A stretch of 64,000 bases of DNA from Novakomyces olei. Lineage: Eukaryota. Location of the stretch: contig JADEYG010000007.1 of NCBI GenBank assembly GCA_016906335.1, positions 1,922,001 through 1,986,000 of the forward strand, in the 5' to 3' direction. Made by a program: the position numbers and the translations under genes. This document shows, piece after piece, positions 9,919 to 23,109 of the stretch. Position 1 is the stretch's first letter; each line of letters starts with the position of its first letter. A model generated the notes under the pieces. It worked only from the letters and a program-made list of their open reading frames with translations. It did not search any database and had not been told where the DNA came from.

Positions 9919-12900
9919 ATGTCAGTCTCTGACGCGTACCAGGTCGGCACGTAAGTACAAATTTCTGGACAGATATGCGCCACGCTATAGCGGCAGTGTT
10001 TGTGAAAATTCTCGAGAGAATTCTCGGTACAGCAAAGCCGGTCCTTTGTCTCGTGCCTTGTTTGGTTAATTATTACTGACGCGTTAAAGACAATGCTGGC
10101 TCGCCGATAACAAGGCGGCCTGGCTGCCCGGCCGGATCGTGCAACGCCGAGACGAAGACGATGCCAGAGTTGCACTCACTATCGAGGACGACGAGAATGG
10201 AAATGTAAGGAAATGGTGTAATCGTTATGCACATACGACTAACTGTAAAGGTCCGCGAAATCGACACGACTCTGGAGGCAATAGCGAAAAAGGACGCGAG
10301 TCTTCCTCCCTTACGTAATCCGTCGATCTTAGAGTCGGCGGAAGATCTGACCTCGCTGTCTTATCTCAATGAGCCGTCTGTTTTGCATACTATTCGTGCA
10401 CGATATGATCAGCTGCAAGTCTACACTTATTCCGGTATTGTGCTGATCGCGACCAACCCTTTCCAAAATATGCCCTCACTTTACTCTCACGATATTGTGC
10501 AGACGTATGCGGGCAAGCGTCGGGGCGAGCAGGAGCCTCATTTGTTTGCTATCGCGGAAGACGCGTATCGATGTATGTTACGCGACGGCAAGAACCAGAC
10601 TATTATCGTCTCTGGAGAGTCGGGAGCCGGTAAAACTGTCTCGGCTAAATACATTATGCGATACTTTGCCACCGTCGAAGACCCAACAAAGCCTCGATTG
10701 ATCGGTGACCGGCACGAAATGAGCAAAACTGAGAAACAGATTCTTGCAACTAACCCGATAATGGAGGCATTTGGCAACGCAAAGACTACGCGTAACGATA
10801 ATTCCTCCCGGTTTGGCAAATACATAGAGATTCAGTTTGATAACAAGAACAATATCTGTGGTGCAAAAATTAGGACTTATTTGCTGGAGAGGTCGCGTCT
10901 CGTTTTCCAACCAAAGACAGAGCGGAATTATCACATTTTTTACCAGCTCTGTGCGGGCGCTACTGAGGCGGAGAGAAAAGCACTCGGGCTAAGACCGGCC
11001 GGAGAGTTTGCCTATATGAATCAGGGCGGAGCAGAGTATGCAGAGATCAGTGGTGTAGATGACGCTCAGGACTTTGAGGCCACACGTAACGCGCTTAGTA
11101 CAATCGGACTATCTGATGCAGTCCAGGCAGAAATTTTCAAAGTCTTGGCTGCACTTCTCCATATTGGCGATATCTCTATTCGTGCTACGCGTTCAGACGC
11201 GCTATTGGCCAGTGACGAGCCGCATCTCGTGCAGGCGTGTGAGCTTCTTGGACTGGATCCTGCTGCATTTGCGAAATGGTGTGTGAAAAGGCAAATATCT
11301 ACAAGAGGTGAAAAGATTGTATCTAACCTTTCGCATAAGCACGCGCTTGTTGTGCGGGACTCTGTTGCAAAGTATATATACACCAGCCTGTTTGATTGGC
11401 TTGTGGCACAGATCAACGGGTCTCTACAAGCAGAGGGGGTCGATGTCAAGTCGTTCATTGGCGTACTCGATATCTATGGCTTTGAGCATTTCGACAAGAA
11501 TTCATTTGAACAGTTTTGTATTAATTATGCAAATGAAAAGCTGCAGCAAGAGTTTAACCAGCATGTTTTCAAATTAGAGCAAGACGAATATGTCCGTGAA
11601 GGCTTGAAATGGACGTTTATTGAGTTTTCAGATAATCAAGAGTGTATTGATCTCATTGAGGCGAGGTTGGGTATCCTGTCGCTGCTGGACGAGGAGAGCC
11701 GATTGCCCGCAGGCTCAGACGAATCCTGGGTCACCAAACTTAACCAGAATTTCGACAAGCCAGAGTTTGCCAACTCTTACCAAAAGCCTCGGTTTGGCCG
11801 GTCGGCGTTTACGATTAAGCACTACGCCTTGGACGTTACGTATGAGGGCGAAGGCTTTATTGAAAAGAATCGTGACACTGTGCCAGAGGAGCATTTGCAG
11901 GTCCTCAATGATTCAACAAACGAGTTTCTCCGATCCATTATTAAAGAATCAGCCAATGCTTCAGCCAAGGCTATAGAGGCATCGTCTGTCAAAAAGCAGG
12001 TTACTAGTGCGAATCGGAAGCCTACGCTGGGCTCCATCTTCAAAGGCTCACTTGCCAGCCTTATGAAGACAATAAACTCGACCAATGTGCACTATATTCG
12101 ATGCATAAAACCAAACGAGCAAAAAGCAGCATGGGTCTTTGAGCCCAACATGGTCCTCTCTCAATTACGCGCCTGTGGCGTCTTGGAAACGATTCGGATC
12201 TCGTGTGCCGGGTTCCCTTCGCGATGGACGTTTGCAGAGTTTTTAGATCGGTATTATATGCTTGCGCCCTCTGACAAGTGGTCTCTGCAGCCAAAAGAGT
12301 TTATCAATTTCATTCTGGCCGACAGGATCAAGGACACAAACGAGTACCAAATCGGCCATACAAAGCTGTTCCTCAGAGCAGGAATGCTGGCCTACTTTGA
12401 ACGGCTACGTGCTGATCGACTTGGAGAAATGGCGACGCGCTTGCAAAAGAACATCAAGGGCTATCACTGGCGCAAGAAGTTTGTACGCATTCGTTTGTCT
12501 ACAATACAACTGCAGAGCATTGTACGCTCCCAGCTCGTGCGCAAGAGGATCCACTATGATCAGGAATCGAGAGCGGCAACACGAATCCAGTCGTGCTGGA
12601 GGTGCTGTCAGGATCGCAAAAGGTTCCTTAGAATCAAGGAGGCAACTGTCAAACTGCAGGCAGCTTGTAGGGCCTACACTGTCCGCAAGACTCTACTAGA
12701 AAGTCGTAAAGGTGCCGCTGTAAGAACAATCCAGCGCTCGTGGCGTCGGTACCAATCGCGGAGGGACTTTATCAGCTATCGCAGGTCAGTTGTACTGGCT
12801 CAATCGCTGTGGCGGCGGAAACTTGCCCGACGGGCTCTTGAGCAGCGGCGTGTGGAGGTACGATCAGCGTCTCATTTCAAACAGGTCTCCTACCGACTGG

Positions 12901-15101
12901 AGAACAAAGTAGTCGAACTAACACAGACACTTGACCGGCGGACTCTGGAGAACAAGGCAGCTTTACAGCAGTTGAGTGCCCTTGAACTGGCCCACAGCGA
13001 GCTGAAGAGCAAACACGAAGAGCGGGAGAAGGTGTCTGCTCACTCGGAGCAAGAGCTGGAGCAGATGAAAGCTGAGCACGGAGGCAGACTGGCCCAACTG
13101 GATCAGCAGATTGCATCCTTACAGGACACTATTGCAGCCTCACAAAGGGAGCTGCAATCGACTGTTGCTGAACGCGATACACTGAAACGGGCACTGGCAG
13201 CCAAGGATCAAGAGATTTCTGGTCTTTTAGAGTCAAGGGCAAAAGAAGAGGAGAAAACAAAGAGCCTACAGCTAAGAGTACATGACCTGCAAAACGATAT
13301 TGATGCCCTGACAAAAGGCCTAAACAGTACTGCTGCTTTGACAGCAGAGCCCAATCTTGGCTCTGTTAATAACGCTCATTCCTCCAGACTGGCTGCGGGA
13401 AAACGTGGCCGCCGTAAGAGCTCCGGCTTTTATGTCGCCCGTGACCAGAGCCTTTCTGGTTCCGGTGTAGTCGTTAATGGGAGCTCAATTTCGCCTGAAT
13501 CTGTGTCGCGCATGAGACAGGCAGCCATAGCCATAGATGGCAGTGACGATGCCAGCGTATCTGCACGAACTGACCAGGAAGTCGTCTCAATCCTGGAGAA
13601 TCAAGGGGCACTTTCCCTGGAAATAACCCGGGGAATCATCGAGTCATTCAAGATTCCACAACCAAGTCTACAAAATCCTCCAGAGCCTGCGGAAGCCCTG
13701 TTCCCGGGCAGAATTGTCTCACTCATCCTCGAGCAAATGTGGGAACATGGCCTTTACGAGGAGAGCAAGGGCGTGCTGGCTAAAGTCATGACCAGTATCC
13801 AAACGCAGCTGTCAAAGTATGACCTTGACGATGTCATTATCCCTGGGGCCTTTTGGCTCTCAAATGTACACGAACTATTTTCCTTTGTTACGGTTTACGG
13901 GATGAATCTCGATGGATTAGATCAGGAGGATGCTCATGCTCTGGGGGAGATCATTCACATGGCCAGAGCGGACTTGGAGAGTCTAGAGTTCAATATCTAT
14001 CTCAACTGGATGGTGGAGATGAAGAAAAAAGTGCACAAGATAATTGTGCCAGCCGTTATTGAATCACAGTCTCTGCCTGGATTTATTACAAACGAAAGCA
14101 GTCGGTTCCTGAGCAAACTTTTGCCCAGCAACTCGCCCTCTTATTCTATGGACGATTTGCTTAATCTCTTCAACAAGATCCACAAGGCTGCAGTGTCCTT
14201 TGGACTGGAGAACAATGTTTCACGCCAGGCTATTACAGAACTGCTAAAGCTGATCGGCGTTACTGCATTTAACGATTTAATAATGCGCCGCAACTTTTTG
14301 TCCTGGAAACGAGGACTGCAGATCAATTATAATCTGACGCGGATTGAGGAATGGTGCAAGAGCCATGATCTTCCAGAGGGAACGTTGCAACTGGAGCATC
14401 TGCTTCAGGCTACTAAACTTTTGCAACTAAAGAAGGCTTCCCTGCAGGACATTGAAATTATCTATGATATTTGCTGGATGCTGTCTGCCTCTCAAGTACA
14501 GAAGCTGATCAACGTATGTACCAGAATAATTGAACTGGCAAAGTTGGAATGAACGACTAAACTGTATCATTTCAACTCATTTGGAAGCCCAGGTTTTAAT
14601 CACTGTCGTTTTTTATTTTATTTTTTTCATTTTCACAAAATTGATTTACCGGTTTATTGATTTGATCATCATGTTCTTGTATTTTTTACTCCTATTTTTA
14701 TACTACTATAAATTTCCTGTTATTATATTCAAACTATAACATTTAAACTGTTTATTTATTTATCTTTAATTCCGGATAAACTGTTTATTTAATTTATGTA
14801 ATTATTTTTCCCGTGGACTAACACTTTATAGCAATATTACGTTGCGGACTATGAGCATCCAATCAGTCAAGATATTCTCAAAGTCGTGGCTAGCCGGGTT
14901 ATTGCCGAGGACGACAATACCGGGTTATTGTTAGACGCAGTGCCATTGGACGACTGTGGCACCTTTGAAGTCACCGAGTCCCGGCAGCGAAGCATCCCCG
15001 TCCAGGACGTTCGTGTACCTTCCTGGCTGCAAGTAAACCAAGTTAGAAGACTTGCAGACATGACAGCGGCACCTGCAGACGGGGCGACTATGGCATTTTA
15101 A
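9919..15101 (+). CDS. MYO2: Class V myosin, 4 exons
   Basis: True N-terminus MSVSDAYQVGT|QCWLAD (introns 9951-10089, 10205-10250, 14514-14831). P-loop GESGAGKT, IQ repeats, coiled coil, and Dilute tail (WKRGLQINYN, N|QYYVADYE). Confidence 0.95.
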
Positions 15102-15907
15102 GCAAGAAGCGTAGATTCTCAAGTTTATTCTTTCTTTTATTCCATCGCCCGGAGGTTGTCGCTTTGTGACGCGACTAGACTCATTATGTTTTCTGCTGTA
15201 TTATTTTAGTTTTGTCTTTTTCTTGCTCGTTTTCGTTATATTATTCCTACAATCCCATGCCATTTCTATACTTCATACCGTCTTTTACACCATTCATATA
15301 TATTTTCTAAATTATCATACTACCACATCATTTTAGTCAGTGTTGCATCATCAATTCCCTGTACCAGCACTATATTCAACATACATTTTACGTTAGCTTT
15401 GATCTATTCCCCCCCTTAGATTCCATTATATTTTTATACCACGAAACGTGCAAATTCAAATTCGATATGACGACATTAATATCAGCACATTATATGGCTT
15501 TGTTCCACGTACGTTCTCGCAGACGATAGCTGTAATTTACGAAAAGTAACGTAAAAAAATCAGACACAGAGGACACAAGAACTATCTGTCTGTCTATCAA
15601 TGGGAGACAGGCAAAACCGCAAAGTGCAAGTACAAGCAATCTTATCAGCAGCCACAAAGTTACTTGCTAATCGATGTAGCACGTGCAATCGTGGCCTTAC
15701 AATCCATTACTTAGTCACGATTGGTACACAATGTAGACGTTTTCTTGCGCTTCTTACTCCGCACAACGTTACTTGCCAAGGCATTGCATCATAAGCTGAT
15801 TCTGGATACGGTGGGGAGCAGCGACCAAACGAGATTCGCGGCAGTTTGAACTCGTTTATAGCGCAGCCAAACCGTACGGAATAGCGCGCGGATAACTGGA
15901 CTCAATT

Positions 15908-18900
15908 ATGAAGGTAATTGCGCTTACATACAATTCCTAACAAAAAGTTTGTTACGCCGGCGTTTATAAAGGCACCGACAATTAACGTGTTTTTGCTTTT
16001 AACCACGTTCTTGCTCGTGCTCACAGGCGTAACTTACACGGCGGAAAACAATGACGTGTTTGACGATAGCCCGGGGAATATGCCTCAGGCACTGCGGCAA
16101 GCCTGGTCTGATCTCGAGTTCATTACTCGAGGTCCGAGGCCGTACAACTCGGAGTTTAATGCCGTTGTACGCGACTATATATTGAACCAGGCCAAGGAGG
16201 GTACGTTGAGCGAGACATAATATGGATTTTTAAGCGTCTTTAGGAGGCTGGTTGATCTATTTACGCTCTTTTAAAAATATATTTCCTGTCTTTTTATCGG
16301 TGGTTTTAGCCTTTTCTTTGAAAGCGTGTCTAACGGGTTAGTTGCCGTCAAGCACCGGGATGTTATAGTGGTTGATGACGTCAACACGACTGTACACATC
16401 GACCGTATCCCCATACCCGCGGGCGGCAGTGTCCCGTACTCTGTTTTCCAGGGCGATAATATTCTCGTCAAGATCCCGGGGACGGGAGGGGTTAAGAACA
16501 GCAACGACGCTGTTCTTTTATCTGCCCATTTTGGTACTTGACTCGTATTTATTACATACTTTTTCATTCATCCTAATTCTCGGAAGTATTGTTTTCTTTT
16601 GCCTTTTTCGTAGCAAGCGCTTGTGGTTTTATCGGCTTGGTTTTGGGTTGGTTACATCTCGGGTTGGAACTATTACGACAATGCAATTTATTCAATCTAT
16701 TTATTGCCCATTTTTTTTGTTCCATTTTTTCTATAATGATTTCTAACCACGAAATCAAGACAGTGTGAGCGTGTCTCATGGCACTACGGACGACGGAGCC
16801 GGTGTTGCTTGCGTACTAGCTGTAAGTTTACAACAATAGTTTACAGCAACGTACAATTAAGTTACTAACACATTCTTTATTCTAGCTGGTCCGCCATTTA
16901 GCAGCTAATCGTCCACATCGGGATATTGTAGTCAATATCAATAATGGGGAAGAAGACGGGCTGTTGGGTGCTAGAGCTTTTGCACAGCATCCACTTGCTC
17001 TCAATGTAACCAGTTTTGTTAACCTTGAAGGTGCTGGTGCAGGGGGCAAAAGCTTAATGTTCCGGTCTACAAATTATGCCACTACAAAGGCATATTTCCA
17101 GCACAATAGGGATCCATATGCTTTTGCTCTGTCTGCTGATTCCTTCCGATCGGGCCAAGTAAGGAGCGACACTGATTTCCGTATCTACTCCAGTTTAAAT
17201 GGGAAAAACACTCCTGGTGTCGATATTGCCTTCTTTGCTCCACGTGCTTTGTATCATACCCGGTCGGACAGCATAAACAACTTTTCCCCTTACAGTCTGC
17301 AACACATGTACAAGACTGCACTCAACACCGTGGCCAATTTGGCCAGTGGCAGTATCAAAAACGAATCATCAAAGGCTTTAGGTGGCTACTTTGCAGTGCT
17401 TGGATATTATGCGTACTTCAAGCAATCTATATTGCTCTTGGTGAACTTGGCCATGCTTATTGCCTGCCCTTGGATCCTCGGGTTAGGTGCACATGCAAGG
17501 CTTACCGCCCGAGGAAGAGTTTTGATCGGAAAGCTTGCGCTTTGTATTGTTCCTGTACTGGTGAATATTGCTGCGACAGTTATAATTGCTGCAATCTTGG
17601 GCGCAGTCTTGCCTGTTGTAAGTATAGCGGGGTTGATACATGAATGAATAAATATTTATTCGTTAAATTATTTAAATTATTTAAATGGCTTGAATTGTTC
17701 AGTTGTTCAATCGTTCAACCCTTTTTTTAATCTAATTTTTTATGATTATTTTATTTTATTTTATTTTATTTTAATTAACAAAAAATTGTTTTCCATTTTG
17801 ACTAACGCAATTGCAGTCTGCATATTCACACGGAATCGTTTTACTCGCATTCCTTTTAGTATTCAGCATATCAACGCTTCATGTGGGCATGAGAATAACA
17901 ACTAGCGCATTAAACATCAAAGGCTTAATGCTATCGGACGCCGAACGGGTGCTGACCTGGTTCATCGCCTGTTTTTGGTACGTTGCACTTTTTATTACAA
18001 GCATTGTTGCCCTGTCGAAGCGGTACGTTAGCTTGTATACGTTTACGTTTACGTACGCTGGCGCTTTTGTCGCGGCTTTAATCACGCTTATTGAGCCGGG
18101 AGTCGATTGCCGACTTGGCCCAGACTATTCGGTCTATCGCGAGGGCACTTCTTCACCGTCTGAGCGAAGCCCGCTTCTTACAACGCCCCGAGAAGGCGAT
18201 CAGCACCAGCAGGAGGAGGAGGAAGAAGAGCAAAATGATGGGAATGAACATGGGGAGTCGGCAGCAGCAGCTGGTAATAGTATTCTGACTCACCATCCGC
18301 CTCGGAAAATAGTCGAGTCATCCATTTACCGCGCTCTGGCTGGAGGATTATGGCTTATTAGGTTTGCTGTTATGGTGCCTTTGCCTCTTTTACTGATGCT
18401 TGATGTGGCATATTTTGCTGCATGCAAAGCTCTTCCACAAACTATAGCAGACGGCTCAAACCCAATGACTGGTGAGTTTATTTATTAAAATTACAATACT
18501 AAACTGCAGTCTTTCTCCTATTGAGTCTACTCTTGTCACTATCGCTCGTCAACACGGCTCCCTTCTTGTTCAGAATCCCACTTACACGGATTCTGCCAGT
18601 TTTGCTGTTTTCCGGAGTATCACTGCTCCTATATCTCAGCCTGGCAGCACCTTTCTCCGTTGCCACACCATTAAAAATCTTTTTTGAACAAAATATTCAT
18701 ATTAGCGACACTGGGGTGGATAATACCGTGTCCCTGTACGGACTTCCACACTATATCGAAGCACTTGCGGATTTCGTTCCCTCTGCCAATCATGCAGCGC
18801 TTTGTGAATCAACGCGTTACCGCGACAGACTCGTTGCTTGTCATTACAATGCCATTGCGCCACAATACTATACGAATGGATCTATCGACGAGTTGGTGGA

Positions 18901-19255
18901 CACTACAATTTCCGACAGGAATGGACTGGTAGACATGTCAATTTCTGCTCCACACTCAAAGATCTGCCAAGTCTCGTTTTCTGATCAAGTGCAATTGGAA
19001 AGCGAGGAGGGCGGCGGAGTGAGCAAGCGGCTTGACGCCATCAGGCTATGGCACCGTGCCTTTGGTGAAACGTTCAAGCTCTCCTTTGGAAAACGTCAAA
19101 ATATAGTTGTAAATGTGACTTGTCTGTTTGACGAGAATGCGGATGGCCAATTGCCTGCGCTGAACGAAGTCCGTGACTACGTTCCCAATTGGGCGCGTGT
19201 ATCAAAGTTCTCTACAGGACTGCTCAAAGTGACACGAACTTTTTCAGTGGCATAG
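15908..19255 (+). CDS. PFF1: M28-family multi-pass membrane metallopeptidase (Pff1/ERMP1-like), 7 exons
   Basis: Spliced motifs LSAHF|DSV..GTTDDGAG, NNGEEDGLLGA, FVNLEGAGAGG, RSDTDF, DIAF...YHTRSD, followed by TM helices and QTIADGS. Confidence 0.85.
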
Positions 19256-19619
19256 TCCCCACAATTTCCGCGTTGCACGAGGCCCAAAAGTATCATGGCA
19301 AATACGGGAATTAATATCTATTAATTTAGTGATTACAAATAATAAACAAGTCACACATTAAGTAGTCTTGACTTATTAACTAGCACTGAGGCGATAAAAC
19401 TGGATTAAATGATTTCTTTTACTCTGGCCCTTGTATACTCCAATTGTCTCTTTATCCAAACTTGTCTTTATGCAATCGTCTCTCTATGCAATCGTCTCTT
19501 TATCCATCGTCGTTATACATCCTACACTCTAACAGCACTTTGAAACATGGGCAATTTTAATATAATTACGAAATGCTTGGCAAACAAAGTTTAAAAGGAT
19601 ATCAACAGCTGTCCACTGC

Positions 19620-20378
19620 TTAATCCTTGACCTTGCTGGTACCACGCAGCAGACCTGTCCGGCGAGCAGCAATAAGACCGGCCTTTTGACCAGCACTGGC
19701 AAAGCGGGAAATAGTAGACGCTTTACCAATATGTTGATGGTTACCACCACCGTGAGGATGGTCCACGGGGTTCTTGGCAACACCACGAGTGCGAGGCCAG
19801 TTGTTGCGCTTAGCCTTGGCCTTGTGCATAGCACGAGAAGCCTTGAGCATGGGCTTATCGATACGTCCACCGCCGGCAACCATTCCGACCATAGCACGAG
19901 CATTGCTGCTCACAATCTTTTTAGCACCAGACGGCAGCTTCAAACGGGTCTTTCCGTTCTCGTCGTGGCCGACAACGATAGCATAGTTGCCAGAGGCTCG
20001 GGCCAATGAGCCGCGGTCACCGGTCTTCTCCTCCACTGAGCTGATGATTGTACCCTCCGGCATAGAAGAAAGAGGCAACACGTTCCCAACGGACAACGAG
20101 GCCCGCTTTCCGCAGTAGACGAATTGGCCGGTGTACATTCCCTCGGCTGCGATGAAAAGCTCAGTTCGGATCTTGAAGCGGTAAGGATCACGGAACTGCA
20201 CTTTGGCCAGAGGAGCTCCACGACCAGAGTCATGGACGATATCTTTTACTACACCACGGATATATCCGTGCTTCTCAGCGAAATCGCGAGTACGTAAAAG
20301 GGCGGGGCCTTGTCGCAGACGCGTGTGCGCCTGGAAAATGCCGCCCGATTTGCGCTGCGCGCCAATTACACGACCCAT
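19620..20378 (-). CDS. RPL2: 60S ribosomal protein L2/L8 (uL2), intronless
   Basis: [10 protein letters not shown]...[20 protein letters not shown]...[10 protein letters not shown]. Confidence 0.98.
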   Translation of the reverse strand: MGRVIGAQRKSGGIFQAHTRLRQGPALLRTRDFAEKHGYIRGVVKDIVHDSGRGAPLAKVQFRDPYRFKIRTELFIAAEGMYTGQFVYCGKRASLSVGNVLPLSSMPEGTIISSVEEKTGDRGSLARASGNYAIVVGHDENGKTRLKLPSGAKKIVSSNARAMVGMVAGGGRIDKPMLKASRAMHKAKAKRNNWPRTRGVAKNPVDHPHGGGNHQHIGKASTISRFASAGQKAGLIAARRTGLLRGTSKVKD

Positions 20379-20442
20379 TGTGTTTGGCTGTGGTTTGTAT
20401 GCACTCAGTGTGTCGTTGTGTTGTGTTTTGCAAAAGTGTGTG

Positions 20443-20467
20443 CGTGACTGTGGGTTAGGTTAGGGTT
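20443..20467 (-). promoter_or_regulatory. Homol-D-like box plus telomere-like/Homol-E box upstream of RPL2
   Basis: Gene strand reads AACCCTAACCTAACCC-A-CAGTCACG, 65 nt upstream of the ATG. Confidence 0.65.
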
Positions 20468-20805
20468 TATGCGTTTAGTTTTTGTGTTGGTGCGAGTGAT
20501 GGTGGACGGGTATAAGTAATGTAACGTAACATGGGTAAGAAATCCAATCCTGCACTAGCAATATGGCCTATATATATTAACCCTAGCCCTAATCCTAGCA
20601 CAGTACGATATCATATGAACAGCGACCCGTTTTATGTATAATTATCAATTCTTTTACATTAAAAGGCAATAAGCGTTGACTGTAGTAGTAATAAACAAGA
20701 CGCGTTAGTGCGCGTAGAATTGCTGCTAAAGGCATTACATTCTGCTCTCCAACATTGAGCCGGAAAAGACTCGGCCGTCAAGTCTGTGTGTTTACACATT
20801 ATGAT

Positions 20806-22375
20806 ATGGAACAGTACCGTGTCGCGGTCCGCCGGTTCGGCCTCGACTCGGCTGCCGCGGCCATTTCGCTAGAACAGTACGCGTAGATTGCCGGCAGCAC
20901 CATTGTTCTAATTCCGCAGACTTAAAGAAAAGGTGGCCGATTCTGATAGCGCAGAGGCGTTTTGGCGGCAATGCTTACACTGGACATTGAGCGAGTACGG
21001 CTCTACTGCCCACTCGGTAAGTCTTGATTGTTAATTGTATACGTTAATTGTATACGTTTTGTGTGGGTTCGTTGTAGATTAAAACGGCCTTTTTATGCTT
21101 TAGTCAATCTTGTGCTATTCTTTGTCCCGAATGGGTTTGCTCATTCACTACTAGTTGCGCGGCCGCATTGTGCATAGACGCAAACTGATCTCGAGCGCTG
21201 TACGGTTTGCCCGTAATTGCCTCCAATTTTATCTCTATTTCCTTCAAAAACAGTACTGCCGCTTGCAACATGATTTTGCACCATGCACGATTGCGTGTAC
21301 AAGGGCTTTTGTGTCTGAATGTGACGAAGGCATTGCCCGCGTATTGCTTCGTCTTGGCGACATTTGCCGAAGCGTTGCCGGGTTTCTGTCACCAAGGAAC
21401 AATGTATGGGTTTCAAGAGCTGGTGAATGGTACAGCGCGGCAATAAGCGCCAGTCCTTTTCACGGATGGGCTTACAACCAGCTGGCTGTTTTGAAATGGA
21501 ACCAAGGCGGCCGCCTTGGCTGCCTTTATAATTTTGTGCTGGCCATTGCTATTTACGAGTCGCGTTTCAATTCGTCAGCATTAAAGCGCTCGGCTTTACG
21601 TGCAGGCGCAAGCAGTTCTAAAGCTAAGCTGACCAGAGCAAATTTCACGGCTGCTCTGCGACAGTGTCTTGTGCTCGCTGGCGAAAATAGTGGAGATTTA
21701 TTAGCACAGAGTATCGCTGTCGCTTATTTTGTGAGTGAGAGGCCGGAAGCAATTGCGGATCCAGGCCAAGGTTCGACGCTGGATGAACGAGCGACTTTGC
21801 CGGAGAGTACAAAAGCCTTTTGTCTAGAGTCTCTTACGTCGAGGCTGCATGATCGCTCAGTGGCAGTAGACGAGCTTTGTTTGGCGCTGAGCACATTATG
21901 CTGGATGGTTCGAGACACATCTGACCAGATTGTCGTCGCAGCAATGTCCCATCTGTTTACTGAAATGCTTTGCAGTCTGATTGGCGTATTACAACCCGCT
22001 GATGCTTGCAATGCCACCAATCCCTGGGCTGGCATTTCTCCTGCTGGTCGCCGGGTCTTGCCTGCTATTTTAGTAGCCGTCGTTTACCTGTCGCATGAAC
22101 CCGGGGAGGCAAAATTCAGCCCAAAGCTTGCAAAAAGCATATCAAATCTATTAAAGATCTTGGGCAAAGTACAGCAGAGCGATCAAAATACAGACTTGTG
22201 CTACAGACTTGGTGAATTACGTTACTTGAAAGGCCTGGCCAATGTACCAGAGCCTGCGTTTGCACATACAGATAAGCCTGGTCCATTAGAGCTTTTGCAT
22301 ACGCGGATCAGTCTCCTGGTAGCAGAAGCCTCAGCGCTTCTCCAGCTTTGGGAATGGCATGGCTGTGGAGAGTGA
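20806..22375 (+). CDS. EST1: Est1/Smg5-7 family 14-3-3-like TPR protein, probably telomerase subunit Est1, 3 exons
   Basis: Introns 20877-20919 and 21017-21154 keep the frame. Motifs LLRLGDICR and WYSAAISASPFHGWAYNQLAVL. About 460 aa with no recognisable PIN domain. Confidence 0.7.
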
Positions 22376-22858
22376 TTGTGGAACGTTTATTATCTGACCC
22401 GAATATAATACCTGGCCATTACACAAATACGCTACAGTCGCCGATAAAAGCGGGAATTGTATATAAATGCCGTCGTGCTTATCAATTGCACAGTTGGCAG
22501 CCAATTCATCTTGCACACAAAAACAGGTTACGCACGTGACGCTAGTCACTACGCTTGTTGGTGCCGTACGTATCTAAATATTTTTAGCATTTAATCAAAC
22601 GCTATTACTCTGTTCTATTATATTTCACCCAATTTGACTCTACAGTATTACATAGCTTTTAATCACACTACAAAACAACGGATAATTTGCTCGGTGGGTT
22701 GTTTAAAGCTTTGTTGGTTGATAGACTTTTTCTATGCACGTATGTATAATAGACATACGTTAACTTTATATCACTGCATATTATATAACCCTAACTAACC
22801 CTATAGTTTAAGCAACTAGCCTATAATAAGGTTTAGCACGTTGCACCTGTCACCTCTG

Positions 22859-22915
22859 ATACACATATTACATTATTATACACATATTACATTATTATAC
22901 ACATATTACATTATT
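22859..22915. repeat. 19-bp tandem repeat x3 (ATACACATATTACATTATT)
   Basis: Three identical copies in the SER3 upstream region. Confidence 0.9.
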
Positions 22916-23109
22916 ACTTATCGGGTCGCAATCCTGGCTTAGAATATTCACGTCAAGCAGATCGCCATTTAATCACAATATAAAATTAAAAGAAACAGTT
23001 ACGACAGGGTAAAAAAGATTAGATTAGTGTTGAAAATAAAAACCCAATAATTCTAGTCATTTTCATTTGACGCCCTCTACCACTGCTCCCCATACCCGAT
23101 TCCCGGCAA

